A stretch of DNA of 64,000 nt from an uncultured Nitrospira sp. (GTDB lineage Bacteria > Nitrospirota > Nitrospiria > SBBL01 > JAADHI01): NCBI GenBank assembly GCA_964451325.1, contig CAYVHO010000006.1, positions 49,959 through 113,958 of the forward strand, in the 5' to 3' direction. Below the pieces are notes generated by a model. The model searched no databases and had not been told where the DNA came from. It saw only the letters and a list, made by a program, of their open reading frames with translations. The position numbers and the translations under genes were made by a program. Each line of letters opens with the position of its first letter. Positions within the stretch are counted from its first letter, which is position 1. Positions 7,652 through 16,775 of the stretch are shown here, piece after piece.

Positions 7652-9166
7652 TTATCGTAAACCCAACTGTTTCATAATGCGAGAGAGGTTTGAGGAGCGC
7701 ATGCCGAGGGCCTTGGCTGTTTCGGTTTGACTGCCGCCTGTTCTTTCGAGGGTTTTTCGGATATACGTGCGTTTGAAATGGTCAACGGCTTCGGCCATGA
7801 GTTGAGGTTCCTTCTTTTCTTCCGTTTCTGAAACATTGTCTGCTGTCATTTGATGCTGTTCAGAAATTTCCCTCGGTAAATCATTTTCCGTAATAATGGG
7901 TTCTGGTGCAAGTACGACGGCACGTTCGATGGTATTTTGTAATTCCCGCACGTTTCCAGGCCAAGGATAGTTTTCCAGTAAAACAAGTGCTTTGGGGTGT
8001 ATGGTCATTACGGCGCGTTTGACTTCGTGACAATGTTTGTCGACAAAGTATGAGCCGAGACCTGCAATATCTTCTCGACGCTCGCGCAAGGACGGCATGG
8101 TGATGGAAACGACGTTGAGCCGATAGTATAGATCTTCCCGAAAATCCCCCTTTTGGATGGCAATTTTCAGGTCTCTGTTTGTCGCAGCCAAAATACGGAC
8201 ATCTGCTTGAATATTTTTTGAGCCTCCGACTCGTTGAAATTCTCGTTCCTGAAGCACACGTAAGAGCCGGGTTTGTAGTGAAGCGGAGAGGTCTCCGATT
8301 TCATCCAGAAAAACCGTCCCGCCTTGCCCCAATTCAAACTTTCCTTTTTTTTGTGCAAAAGCACCCGTAAAAGCCCCTTTTTCATGTCCAAAAAGTTCAC
8401 TTTCCATGAGTTCAGAGGTGAGTGCAACGCAGTTGACCGCGATGAAGGGGTTTGCGGATCTTGGGCTCCATCCATGAATGGCACGGGCCATGACCTCTTT
8501 CCCTGTTCCGCTTTCTCCGAGCAATAACACGGTGGTTTTCATGGGAGCGACTCTGCGAGCGATTTCCATGACCTGGGTCATCGTTTTGCTTTGGCCGATG
8601 ACAAAACGATAGTGGTTTTGTACCACTGCTTCAAAGGCATTTTTTGCATTTTGTGTGGCCGCGAAGATTTTTGCGCGTTCGATGGCGGCTCCTGCGGGTC
8701 CCCCGAATGTGCCTAAAAATTTAAGGTCAGCCGGGGTGAAGCCGGCTGAATTTTTTGTATTAAGTACTTCAATCGCCCCGATATAATGCTCCCCTTGTTT
8801 TAAGGGAGCACAGAGTAGGGAGTGTGTTTTAAACCCGGTTTTTTGATCAACTTCCTTGAAAAAACGGGGATCACTTGAAACGTCGTTGCAAACAATACCC
8901 TTGCCTGTACTGGCAACGCTTCCAATAATGCCTTGTCCCAGTGCCATCCTGAATTCACCCACATCGGCTCCTCCAGAGGAAAAGGCAAAATTGAGCTGCT
9001 GATGTGTTTTGTCGATGAGTGCGATGCTACAGGCTTCGGCAGAGAAGAGTTGTTTTGCGGATTCAAGGATTAATTTAATCACCGCGTTTGGATCAACCGT
9101 GCTCATGAGCAGGTGGTTAATCTCAATAAGTTTTTCCAAACGCAACTGGCTTTCTTGCAAGGTCAT
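7652..9166 (-). CDS. Sigma54-dependent transcriptional activator, GAF - AAA+ - Fis-type HTH
   Basis: 504 aa. GAF-like N-terminus, Walker A GESGTGKE, sigma54 contact loop GAFTGA, C-terminal [22 protein letters not shown]. Confidence 0.95.
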   Translation of the reverse strand: MTLQESQLRLEKLIEINHLLMSTVDPNAVIKLILESAKQLFSAEACSIALIDKTHQQLNFAFSSGGADVGEFRMALGQGIIGSVASTGKGIVCNDVSSDPRFFKEVDQKTGFKTHSLLCAPLKQGEHYIGAIEVLNTKNSAGFTPADLKFLGTFGGPAGAAIERAKIFAATQNAKNAFEAVVQNHYRFVIGQSKTMTQVMEIARRVAPMKTTVLLLGESGTGKEVMARAIHGWSPRSANPFIAVNCVALTSELMESELFGHEKGAFTGAFAQKKGKFELGQGGTVFLDEIGDLSASLQTRLLRVLQEREFQRVGGSKNIQADVRILAATNRDLKIAIQKGDFREDLYYRLNVVSITMPSLRERREDIAGLGSYFVDKHCHEVKRAVMTIHPKALVLLENYPWPGNVRELQNTIERAVVLAPEPIITENDLPREISEQHQMTADNVSETEEKKEPQLMAEAVDHFKRTYIRKTLERTGGSQTETAKALGMRSSNLSRIMKQLGLR

Positions 9167-9246
9167 TTAAATTCCCGGAGGGTGAGACTTCATCAAAAGA
9201 AGTGGAAATGGAGTGAGGTTAAAGCCGTTTGTCCTCAGACGGGGTC

Positions 9247-9276
9247 ATAATAGATCTCTTCCTTGAAGTGTGTCAA
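9247..9276 (-). promoter_or_regulatory. Sigma70-type promoter candidate for the activator operon
   Basis: Minus strand TTGACA (9276-9271), 18-nt spacer, TATTAT (9252-9247). About 75 nt upstream of ATG 9166. Confidence 0.45.
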
Positions 9277-9511
9277 GAAAGGCATGTCTTGTAAGCCAGT
9301 CGCCTCTCCCGGATTTCCGGAAGGATTTGTCAATATTGAATTCTGGATATCATCCTAAGATTCCTGATATCGGAAAGATATTTTTTGATTTTGATCGGCG
9401 TTACAAAATAAATAGATTTTGTTTTGAATTGAAGACGATTTAATTTCGTAATGTATTGTTTTTACTGTATTTGTGAAAATATAATCTGATGGGTTTTTTT
9501 TAATTAAACTA

Positions 9512-9528
9512 TGGCGCACTTTCTGCAT
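9512..9528 (+). promoter_or_regulatory. Sigma54 (-24/-12) promoter upstream of the sugar transferase
   Basis: TGGCGCACTTTCTGCAT. GG and GC are at the exact consensus spacing of TGGCAC-N5-TTGCA. Predicted start near 9538. Very AT-rich upstream tract and an adjacent divergent sigma54 activator. Confidence 0.7.
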
Positions 9529-9576
9529 ATGAACTCTCATCAATGGGGAAATAGACATTTTGAGGGGGGGAATAAA

Positions 9577-10554
9577 ATGTTAAGAAAACGGGGGAAAACA
9601 GTTCCGAAAGTTTTGGTGATTGGCTCAGGGGCCTCAATGAAAACCTTTAAGGATGCGGTTACAAAATATGGGATGCCTGGATTCCATCTGCTTTATTTTG
9701 AATGGCTTATCTCTTCGGGAGATTCTCTCAATAGGAGGATTCAGAAGATCAAGGAGACCATTGCATCACAGGGGATAAAAAAGGTCGTGGTTGCGATCGA
9801 TAATCGTCGTGGTGCACTTCCCGTGGATTTGTTGTTAGCACTTCGTGTGGAGGGCATTGAGGTGATGAAGGCCGTTTCATTTTATGAACAAATATATGGC
9901 AAAATGTGGGTGGAATCTTTAAATCCAAGTGATCTCATTTTTGGGGAAGGTTTTAAGCGGATGATGCTCATTGGCCTTGGAAAAAGAATCTTGGATCTGA
10001 GCGCCGCTCTCGTGGGTTTTATGCTCGCCGCACCCTTTTTTTTAATTCTTCCCATACTGATTAAGATGGATTCCCGTGGCCCCGTTTTTTATCGGCAGGA
10101 ACGTGTTGGGGCAGAAGGGGTGCTTTTCGATGTCTTTAAATTTCGCTCAATGTGTCAGGATGCGGAGGCTGCGACCGGTGCCGTCTGGGCCAAAGAGGGG
10201 GATCCTCGTGTAACACGTTTAGGACGTTTCTTGAGAAAGCTGCGTCTCGATGAGCTTCCTCAACTCTATAATGTATTAAGAGGTGAAATGAGTTTTGTCG
10301 GACCGCGCCCCGAGCGTCAAGTCTTTGTCTCTGACTTGGAAGAATGCATTCCTTACTATGCGCTTCGGCATACGGTGAAACCGGGATTGACGGGTTTGGC
10401 GCAAGTCAAATACCGCTACGGGGCGACAAAAGAAGATGCTTTGGAAAAACATCAATATGATTTGTATTATGTTAAGCATTTATCTTTGCTTTTTGATCTT
10501 TCGATCATGTTTGCCACGGTTCGGGTTGTTTTGAAGGGTTTGGGTGCGAGATAG
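9577..10554 (+). CDS. Polyprenyl-phosphate glycosyl-1-phosphate transferase (bacterial sugar transferase family, EPS priming enzyme)
   Basis: Start moved to ATG 9577 (SD GAGGGGGGG). The ORF-track ATG 9511 lies inside the sigma54 promoter. C-terminal PVFYRQERVG..FKFRSM..DELPQL..GEMSFVGPRPE. Confidence 0.9.
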   Translation: MLRKRGKTVPKVLVIGSGASMKTFKDAVTKYGMPGFHLLYFEWLISSGDSLNRRIQKIKETIASQGIKKVVVAIDNRRGALPVDLLLALRVEGIEVMKAVSFYEQIYGKMWVESLNPSDLIFGEGFKRMMLIGLGKRILDLSAALVGFMLAAPFFLILPILIKMDSRGPVFYRQERVGAEGVLFDVFKFRSMCQDAEAATGAVWAKEGDPRVTRLGRFLRKLRLDELPQLYNVLRGEMSFVGPRPERQVFVSDLEECIPYYALRHTVKPGLTGLAQVKYRYGATKEDALEKHQYDLYYVKHLSLLFDLSIMFATVRVVLKGLGAR

Positions 10555-10748
10555 CCTCGTTTTGCATTTTGACCTAGAACGCAATCTATTGCTTTTTCTT
10601 TAAATGTTTTGTTATCCTACGCTTGTATTTAGTTTTGGCACTTTTCAAGCGTGAACCGTGGGAATAAGATACCTCATGTTTATAGCGTTTCTCCCTTTTT
10701 TTCAAATAAGATTATGCGTCAATTTCTGAAGTATAAGGAGATCAGTGT

Positions 10749-10949
10749 ATGCCTAAAGGTACAGTAAAGTGGTTTAATGCCAGTAAGGGGTTTGGCTTTA
10801 TCGAACGCGAAGATGGCGGGGATGTGTTTGTGCATTTTTCAGCCATTCAGGACGAGGGCTTTAAATCGCTTGATGAAGGACAGGCCGTTGAATTTGAGAT
10901 CACCAGCGGCGCAAAAGGAGACCAAGCGGCGAATGTTATAAAGCTGTAG
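10749..10949 (+). CDS. Cold-shock protein (CspA family)
   Basis: 66 aa. [12 protein letters not shown] (RNP1) and VFVHFS (RNP2). Confidence 0.97.
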   Translation: MPKGTVKWFNASKGFGFIEREDGGDVFVHFSAIQDEGFKSLDEGQAVEFEITSGAKGDQAANVIKL

Positions 10950-10985
10950 CTGTTCTCTTCAATTCACCTTTTATTTTTAAAAAAG

Positions 10986-11018
10986 TCTTCCTTGATTTGT
11001 TTCGGGGAAGATTTTTTT
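10986..11018 (+). terminator. Terminator hairpin between convergent csp and rpoH (possibly bidirectional)
   Basis: TCTTCC..GGAAGA stem, extendable with G-U pairs, followed by TTTTTTT and preceded by an A-run. Confidence 0.5.
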
Positions 11019-11041
11019 ATTTTTAGTCATCGGGCAGGCTC

Positions 11042-11962
11042 CTAGATGGAGATATCTTTGAAGTCGGGAATTTCTGTTTGCATGAATTTTTTGAGTTTCT
11101 TGAGCAGATTGTTTTCGATTTGACGGACACGCTCTTTTGAAATGCCGTATTTTTTGGCGAAGGTTTCCAATGTTTTGGGATCTTCAGACAGAACGCGGTT
11201 TGCAATAATATCGACTTCTCTGGCCTTGAGTTGTTTTGAAAAAAGTGCAAGTTTTGATTGAAAAAGGGTTTTGAGTTGTTTGTTGCCTAAATGTGACTCC
11301 GTGTCTTCCTGATTTGAAGGCAGCAGGTCGCCATAGGATGTATTTCCTTCCTCTCCAACGGGGGTGCTTAAGGAAACTTCGTGTCCCTCAAGTCGTTGTG
11401 TCATTTCAATGACTTCTTTTTCTTTGACATTTAACTGATCTGCAAGCAGCTTGGGTGTAACATCCATACCCTTTTTTTCGAGTGCTTCCCGTTCTTTTGA
11501 GAGTCTGAAGAAGAGTTTCCGTTGGGCCTCTGTGGTGCCGATACGCACCAGTCTCCAATTTTGTAAGATGTGTTTTAGAATATAGGCTCGAATCCACCAC
11601 GCCGCATAGGTAGACACCCGTACATTTTTATAGGGGTCATATTTTTTCACCGCATGCATGAGTCCCACATTGCCTTCCTGAATTAAGTCCATGGTGTTGA
11701 AAGGCAGTTTTTTATACTCCATTGCAATGGAAACAGAGAGGCGTAAATGAGAAAGAATCAGTTGTGTGACCGCATTAAGATCGCCTTTTTCCTGAAACCG
11801 GACCGCCAGCGCATGTTCCTCCTCACGGCTTAAAAAAGGGTATCTCCGGATCTCTACAAGGTATCCGCGAAGCGGATCGTAACTTGAGAGACCGCGATCT
11901 TCTATTTGGGGAGGCGCTTCCTGATCTTGTGGCAGATCGTCTGCGTCTTTTCTGTCATTCAT
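11042..11962 (-). CDS. rpoH: RNA polymerase sigma-32 (heat-shock sigma factor)
   Basis: ORF track 11042-11977 (TTG). ATG 11962 is the alternative and the start is uncertain. YAAWWIRAYILKHILQNWRLVRIGTTEAQRKLFFRL contains the RpoH box (QRKLFF). Confidence 0.9.
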   Translation of the reverse strand: MNDRKDADDLPQDQEAPPQIEDRGLSSYDPLRGYLVEIRRYPFLSREEEHALAVRFQEKGDLNAVTQLILSHLRLSVSIAMEYKKLPFNTMDLIQEGNVGLMHAVKKYDPYKNVRVSTYAAWWIRAYILKHILQNWRLVRIGTTEAQRKLFFRLSKEREALEKKGMDVTPKLLADQLNVKEKEVIEMTQRLEGHEVSLSTPVGEEGNTSYGDLLPSNQEDTESHLGNKQLKTLFQSKLALFSKQLKAREVDIIANRVLSEDPKTLETFAKKYGISKERVRQIENNLLKKLKKFMQTEIPDFKDISI

Positions 11963-12281
11963 CGTAGGCGGTCTCAAGGGCTTACATTGGAGTTAAGCGG
12001 AAGTGCTTTTGAAAAATACCCGAAGAAGGCCAGTGGGTTCAAGTGGTTTCCTGTGGTGGTTTTCAAGTTCTTTTTAATTTTGTCTTCTATGATCACCCTC
12101 AGATATAGGTCTTTTTTTTTAGAATTCAAGGTCAGGCCAAAAAAATTTGGTCCGAATTATTTCACGCTTTATTGTGATTGTGGTGTTTTGAATGGGAAAC
12201 TTGCGTGTTTTTTTTTAAAGTTATAACATTAACTTCTTTAGATTCTGACTCAGAACATGGTTTTGGGTTCAGGGTCAATCC

Positions 12282-12962
12282 GTGAGGGGAACAGTTGTGG
12301 GGGATTTTGAAAAAGACCTAAATGCGCTAAAAGACAAGATACTCAAGATGGGAGCATTGCTCGAAACCCAGATTGAAAATTCGATTAAATGTCTTGTCGA
12401 AACAGATCTCACCTTGGCTCGTCAAACAATTCAGGATGATCATCTCGTCAATGCAATGGATGTGGCGATTGATGAAGAATGTCTTCGTTTGCTCACGCTT
12501 TACCAGCCCGGGGCGGATGATTTGCGTTTTATCACCACGGCCATGAAAATTACGACCGCTTTGGAACGTGTGGGTGATCTTTCGGAAGATATCTGTGAAC
12601 GCGCAATCGCGCTTTCTCACGAGCCACTCTTAAAACCTTATATTGACTTACCCCGCATGGCGGAAGCCGCGCAAAAAATGGTGCGTGAAACCTTACATTC
12701 CTTTGTCAGTAAAGACGCCACTCTGGCGAGGAAAGTGTGTGGTGACGATGCTTTCATTGATGATTTGTCTGCTCAGATCTTCCGAGAATTGCTTGCTTAC
12801 ATGGTGGAAGACAGTCGCAGTATGACACGGGCGATTCACATCAGTTTTGTCTCAAGATACATTGAGTACATCGGAAACCATGCAACCGATATTGCCGAAA
12901 TGGTGGTCTATTTTGTGGAAGGTCAAGCCATTCGTCACAGACTCATTGAGTCGATTGAGTAA
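12282..12962 (+). CDS. phoU: Phosphate signalling regulator PhoU (no pst genes adjacent)
   Basis: 226 aa, two PhoU repeats. Start may be GTG 12297 (SD GAGGGGA). Confidence 0.85.
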   Translation: MRGTVVGDFEKDLNALKDKILKMGALLETQIENSIKCLVETDLTLARQTIQDDHLVNAMDVAIDEECLRLLTLYQPGADDLRFITTAMKITTALERVGDLSEDICERAIALSHEPLLKPYIDLPRMAEAAQKMVRETLHSFVSKDATLARKVCGDDAFIDDLSAQIFRELLAYMVEDSRSMTRAIHISFVSRYIEYIGNHATDIAEMVVYFVEGQAIRHRLIESIE

Positions 12963-13042
12963 CATCCTCTCTCTGCGAACGCTCTAAATTTCTTCTTACA
13001 AACATCCTCCGGGGCATCTTCTTGATTTCTTATTGTGTGATC

Positions 13043-13071
13043 TTGACAGCATTGCCCGGCTTTCATATAAT
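13043..13071 (+). promoter_or_regulatory. Perfect-consensus sigma70 promoter of the yceD-rpmF-plsX-fab operon
   Basis: TTGACA (13043-13048), 17-nt spacer, TATAAT (13066-13071), counted by hand. Confidence 0.75.
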
Positions 13072-13098
13072 ATTCGGCTGATGGAAAAGGTGTCTACA

Positions 13099-13644
13099 AT
13101 GAAGATTCAAGTACAAGAAGTTCCCCCGGAGGGGCTTCGCCTTTCTTATGAGCTGGGTCCGAAGGACTGGGATCTAGAAGGGAAAGGCTATGCGCTTCTT
13201 GAGCCTGTTCAGATTGTTTTGAATGTATTAAAACATGGAGAGGGTGAGGTCTATCTTTCGGGGACGCTTTCCGCTCGGGTTCAAGGCGAGTGTGGTCGGT
13301 GTACGGAATCTTTTGGTTTTCCAATTTTATCGAATTTCCATTTGGACTATATCCCTTCTCCGAAAAAATTTCCTGCGGGCGAAGTGGCTTTGTCTCCGGA
13401 TGGACTTGATCTCAATTTTTATGAGGGGGATGAGATCGATATTGATCATGAAATAATGGGGCAGTGTCTGCTCGCAATTCCAATGCATGCACTTTGTCAA
13501 CCAGATTGTCGGGGGCTTTGTCCGCAGTGTGGAGTCGATTTGAACAAGGGCAATTGCCAATGCCATTCTGAGCCTGTTGATTTGCGATGGGCCGCGCTGG
13601 AAAAATTTAAATATAAGGAAAATAATGCCAAATCCAAAACATAA
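13099..13644 (+). CDS. yceD: YceD/DUF177 family protein (large-subunit rRNA accumulation protein)
   Basis: ORF-track start 13033 lies upstream of the promoter. ATG 13099 (or 13081) follows it. CGRC and CPQCG cysteine pairs. Conserved position before rpmF. Confidence 0.8.
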   Translation: MKIQVQEVPPEGLRLSYELGPKDWDLEGKGYALLEPVQIVLNVLKHGEGEVYLSGTLSARVQGECGRCTESFGFPILSNFHLDYIPSPKKFPAGEVALSPDGLDLNFYEGDEIDIDHEIMGQCLLAIPMHALCQPDCRGLCPQCGVDLNKGNCQCHSEPVDLRWAALEKFKYKENNAKSKT

Positions 13645-13804
13645 AACGTCAAAATCACGGCGGGATAAAAGACGTACTCACAAAAAATTGAGCCCCCCCA
13701 ATACCGTTTTTTGTCCGCAATGTCATGAAGCCAAATTGCCCCATCAAGTTTGTCTGAGCTGCGGGACCTATAAGCGCCGCCAAGTAATTGAAGTCAAAGA
13801 CTAG
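13625..13804 (+). CDS. rpmF: 50S ribosomal protein L32
   Basis: MPNPKHKTSKSRRDKRRTHKKL with CPQC..CLSC zinc form. Start at ATG 13625 inside the longer ORF-track frame. Confidence 0.95.
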   Translation: MPNPKHKTSKSRRDKRRTHKKLSPPNTVFCPQCHEAKLPHQVCLSCGTYKRRQVIEVKD

Positions 13805-13863
13805 ACTGATTTGATTGCAGTCTATGGTGCGTTCTTCCCTGCTCCCGAAGTGAAACCAAAACC

Positions 13864-14868
13864 ATGAAAATTGCTGTAGATGCGATGGGGGGGGATGATG
13901 CGCCCGCGGCCATTGTTGAGGGTGCGATTATTGCTGCCCGAGAATATGATGTTTCCCCTATTTTAGTCGGTGATGAAACCGAGATCAAAAAAGCCCTCTC
14001 CATTCATAATGTAATGGGTTTGCCCCTCTCGGTAGTGCATGCCTCACAGCGTGTTGAGATGCACGAAGCCCCTTCTTTAGCCATTCGTAAGAAAAAAGAT
14101 TCCTCTATTTCGGTCGCGACACGGCTTGTGAAAACAGGTGAAGCCGTGGCCGTGATTAGCGCAGGCAACACGGGTGCAAGCATGGCAACGGGTTTATTGC
14201 ATCTAAGACCTTTAAGTTGTGTGGAGCGTCCGGCCATTGCAACACCGCTTCCGACTTTAAAGGGGACGGCGATTATGATTGATGTGGGTGCCAATGTGGA
14301 TTGCAAACCCACCCACCTGTTTCAATTTGCAATCATGGGCAGTATCTATGCAGAAGAAATTTTTGGAATTGTGAAGCCTAGGGTCGGTCTGTTGAGTATT
14401 GGTGAGGAAGAAAGCAAGGGCAACGAGTTGACAAAAGAAGTGTTTAAGATGTTAAAACAAAGTCAACTAAACTTTGTCGGAAATGTCGAGGGACGGGACG
14501 TTTATTCTGGTGAAGTGGATGTCATTGTGTGTGATGGTTTTACGGGCAATGTTGCGCTTAAAATCTCTGAAGGTTTGTCCGAAGCCATGCGACAATTTTT
14601 GAAACAGGAAATCCTGGCCTCCACTTTGGGGAAAATGGGTTATGCCTTACTCAAATCCTCTTTTGCACGATTTAAAAAGAAAGTTGATTACGCTGAATAT
14701 GGAGGTGCGCCGCTTTTAGGCCTTGATGGGGTAAGTATCATCTGCCACGGTCACTCTTCGCCAGAGGCCATTAAAAACGCGATACGTGTGGCCAAAGAAT
14801 CTTATCGTCGGGGGGTGGCACGTCATATCAAAGAACAAATTGAAGTCCACATGAAGCAGTCGTCTTAA
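13864..14868 (+). CDS. plsX: Phosphate acyltransferase PlsX
   Basis: 334 aa. MKIAVDAMGGDDAP, SAGNTGA. Confidence 0.95.
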   Translation: MKIAVDAMGGDDAPAAIVEGAIIAAREYDVSPILVGDETEIKKALSIHNVMGLPLSVVHASQRVEMHEAPSLAIRKKKDSSISVATRLVKTGEAVAVISAGNTGASMATGLLHLRPLSCVERPAIATPLPTLKGTAIMIDVGANVDCKPTHLFQFAIMGSIYAEEIFGIVKPRVGLLSIGEEESKGNELTKEVFKMLKQSQLNFVGNVEGRDVYSGEVDVIVCDGFTGNVALKISEGLSEAMRQFLKQEILASTLGKMGYALLKSSFARFKKKVDYAEYGGAPLLGLDGVSIICHGHSSPEAIKNAIRVAKESYRRGVARHIKEQIEVHMKQSS

Positions 14869-14880
14869 AGGGGGATTTTG

Positions 14881-15858
14881 ATGCGGGTCCAAATTCTTGG
14901 CAATGGCGCTTATGCGCCAAAGGCCATTCTGACGAATCATGATCTTGAAAAAAAAATCGACACTTCTGAGGAATGGATCGTGGCGCGGACGGGGATTCGG
15001 GAACGCCGTATTGCCGCCAAGGATGAAACGACTTCTGATTTGGCAACTCATGCGGCACGAGAAGCTTTGAAGCAGGCCAAGGTTGCTGCGATGGATGTGG
15101 ATCTTATTGTTGTCGCCACGTCGATGCCTGATATGTTTTTTCCTTCAACGGCCTGTATCGTTCAGGAAAAGCTGGGGGCAAAGAATGCTGCGGCTTTTGA
15201 TCTTTCTGCGGCCTGTTCGGGTTTTGTTTATGCACTTTCTGTGGGGGAACAGTATGTGCGCTCCGGCACCTATCGCCACGTATTGGTGATCGGTGCAGAA
15301 ATTATGTCTCGTTTGACCAATTGGCAGGATCGTCGAACCTGTGTCTTGTTTGGTGACGGCGCGGGTGCTGTCCTGCTTGGGCCTGCTGATGCGGAATCTG
15401 GCATTCTTTCTGTGCATTTGCACACGGATGGTGCGCTCTGGGATTTGATTTGTGTTCCGGGTGGCGCTGGGGCAATCCCACCCTCTGAAAAAGTGCTTGT
15501 TGAACATTTAAATACCATTCACATGAAGGGAAGTGAAACCTTCAAAATCGCGGTGAGAAATCTTGAAAATGTGGCTTTAGAAGCGCTTCGTGCAAATGAT
15601 CTGAGTATCTTGGACATTGACTGGCTGGTGCCGCATCAGGCCAATATCCGAATTTTAAAAGCCGTTGCTGCGCGTTTAAAAATGGCTTCAGAAAAGATGG
15701 TTGTGAATTTGGAGCGTTATGGTAATACCTCGGCCGCATCAATTCCACTTGCCTTTGACGAAGCTGTGAATGATGGACGGATCAAACGGGGCGACACCAT
15801 TTTATTTCTTGCTTTTGGGGGTGGTTTAACCTGGGGTGCTGCGGTGGTGCATTATTAG
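14881..15858 (+). CDS. fabH: 3-oxoacyl-ACP synthase III
   Basis: AACSGFVYAL (active Cys), VPHQANIRI, GNTSAASIP. ATG 14881 preferred over TTG 14878. Confidence 0.95.
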   Translation: MRVQILGNGAYAPKAILTNHDLEKKIDTSEEWIVARTGIRERRIAAKDETTSDLATHAAREALKQAKVAAMDVDLIVVATSMPDMFFPSTACIVQEKLGAKNAAAFDLSAACSGFVYALSVGEQYVRSGTYRHVLVIGAEIMSRLTNWQDRRTCVLFGDGAGAVLLGPADAESGILSVHLHTDGALWDLICVPGGAGAIPPSEKVLVEHLNTIHMKGSETFKIAVRNLENVALEALRANDLSILDIDWLVPHQANIRILKAVAARLKMASEKMVVNLERYGNTSAASIPLAFDEAVNDGRIKRGDTILFLAFGGGLTWGAAVVHY

Positions 15859-15888
15859 TTTTATGAATTTGTAGGACCCTTTCATGAC

Positions 15889-16692
15889 ATGAAGGAGTAT
15901 AAATTGGATAAAAAATTTTTGGAGGGTACGGCACTTATTTTAGGTGCCTCCAGTGGTTTTGGTGAAGCGACGGCTTTAGAGCTTGCCGCCTCGGGAATGG
16001 ATATTATCGGGGTACATCTTGATCGAAAAGGGACGATGCCCAATGTCGAACGCATTATTGCTGCAATCGAAAAACAAGGGCAACGTGCACTCTTTTTCAA
16101 TATGAATGCCGCCAGTGCTGAAAAACGTCAGGAAGTGCTCGACAAACTTGAATCAGAACAGATTACCGTGCGTGTCTTGCTTCATTCCCTGGCTTTTGGG
16201 TCTTTAAAACCTTTGATTGCTGAGACGCCCAAAAAGGCGATTACTCAGTCACAAATGGAGATGACGATTGATGTCATGGCCAATAGTCTTGTGTATTGGA
16301 CGCAGGGTTTAGTGCAAAATCAGCGTTTTGATCGGGGGGGACGTGTTTTTTGCCTCACCTCAGCAGGAGGCTCCCGTGTTTGGCCCTCTTATGGTGCAGT
16401 TTCGGCCGCAAAATCTGCGATCGAATGTCATGTCAGACAGCTTGCGCTGGAACTTGGTCCTTATGAAATTTCGGTCAATTCGATTCGAGCAGGTGTGACA
16501 GATACCCCGGCTTTGCGAAAAATTCCGGGTCATGAAGAGATGATTCGTCTTGCAAAAGAAAAGAATCCCTGGGGGCGTTTAACCACACCTCAAGATGTTG
16601 CCGGTGTGATTGCATTGCTCTCTCATCCCAAAGCAAAGTGGGTGACGGGGAATGTGATTGGCGTGGATGGTGGCGAATTTATCGTTGATTGA
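15889..16692 (+). CDS. SDR-family protein, probable enoyl-ACP reductase (FabI/FabL-like Y-x6-K)
   Basis: 267 aa. GASSGFG dinucleotide motif. YGAVSAAK is Tyr-x6-Lys (enoyl-reductase spacing), whereas FabG in this window has YAASK (Y-x3-K). Sits between fabH and fabD and no fabI is in the cluster. Confidence 0.55.
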   Translation: MKEYKLDKKFLEGTALILGASSGFGEATALELAASGMDIIGVHLDRKGTMPNVERIIAAIEKQGQRALFFNMNAASAEKRQEVLDKLESEQITVRVLLHSLAFGSLKPLIAETPKKAITQSQMEMTIDVMANSLVYWTQGLVQNQRFDRGGRVFCLTSAGGSRVWPSYGAVSAAKSAIECHVRQLALELGPYEISVNSIRAGVTDTPALRKIPGHEEMIRLAKEKNPWGRLTTPQDVAGVIALLSHPKAKWVTGNVIGVDGGEFIVD

Positions 16693-16775
16693 TATCGATG
16701 TTTTCTGCGAGATCTTGTATTGACTCTTTTTTGGTTTTTGAGCAAAATCAGCTCTAGTTTTTTGGATATAAACTC

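Noticed and set aside
9511-9576. ORF-track N-terminal extensions: sugar transferase from 9511, yceD from 13033, chagasin-like gene from 23183, rpoB from 36593, rplJ from 35448, secY from 58546.
   Set aside because: The extra codons overlap promoter hexamers, a terminator hairpin or the preceding gene. Better SD-spaced starts that match conserved N-termini exist downstream.
10636-10651. Sigma54-like motif TGGCACTTTTCAAGCG about 100 nt upstream of the cold-shock gene.
   Set aside because: The GG/GC spacing is right, but the -12 element is AAGC rather than TTGC. No activator gene or upstream dyads are adjacent. csp genes are normally sigma70-driven with long 5' UTRs. I kept it only as a weak possibility, testable by TSS mapping.
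11906-12226. A 106-aa plus-strand ORF between rpoH and phoU.
   Set aside because: It overlaps the rpoH 5' end in antisense. Its composition is hydrophobic and low-complexity, from T-rich DNA. It has no SD and no homology that I recognise.
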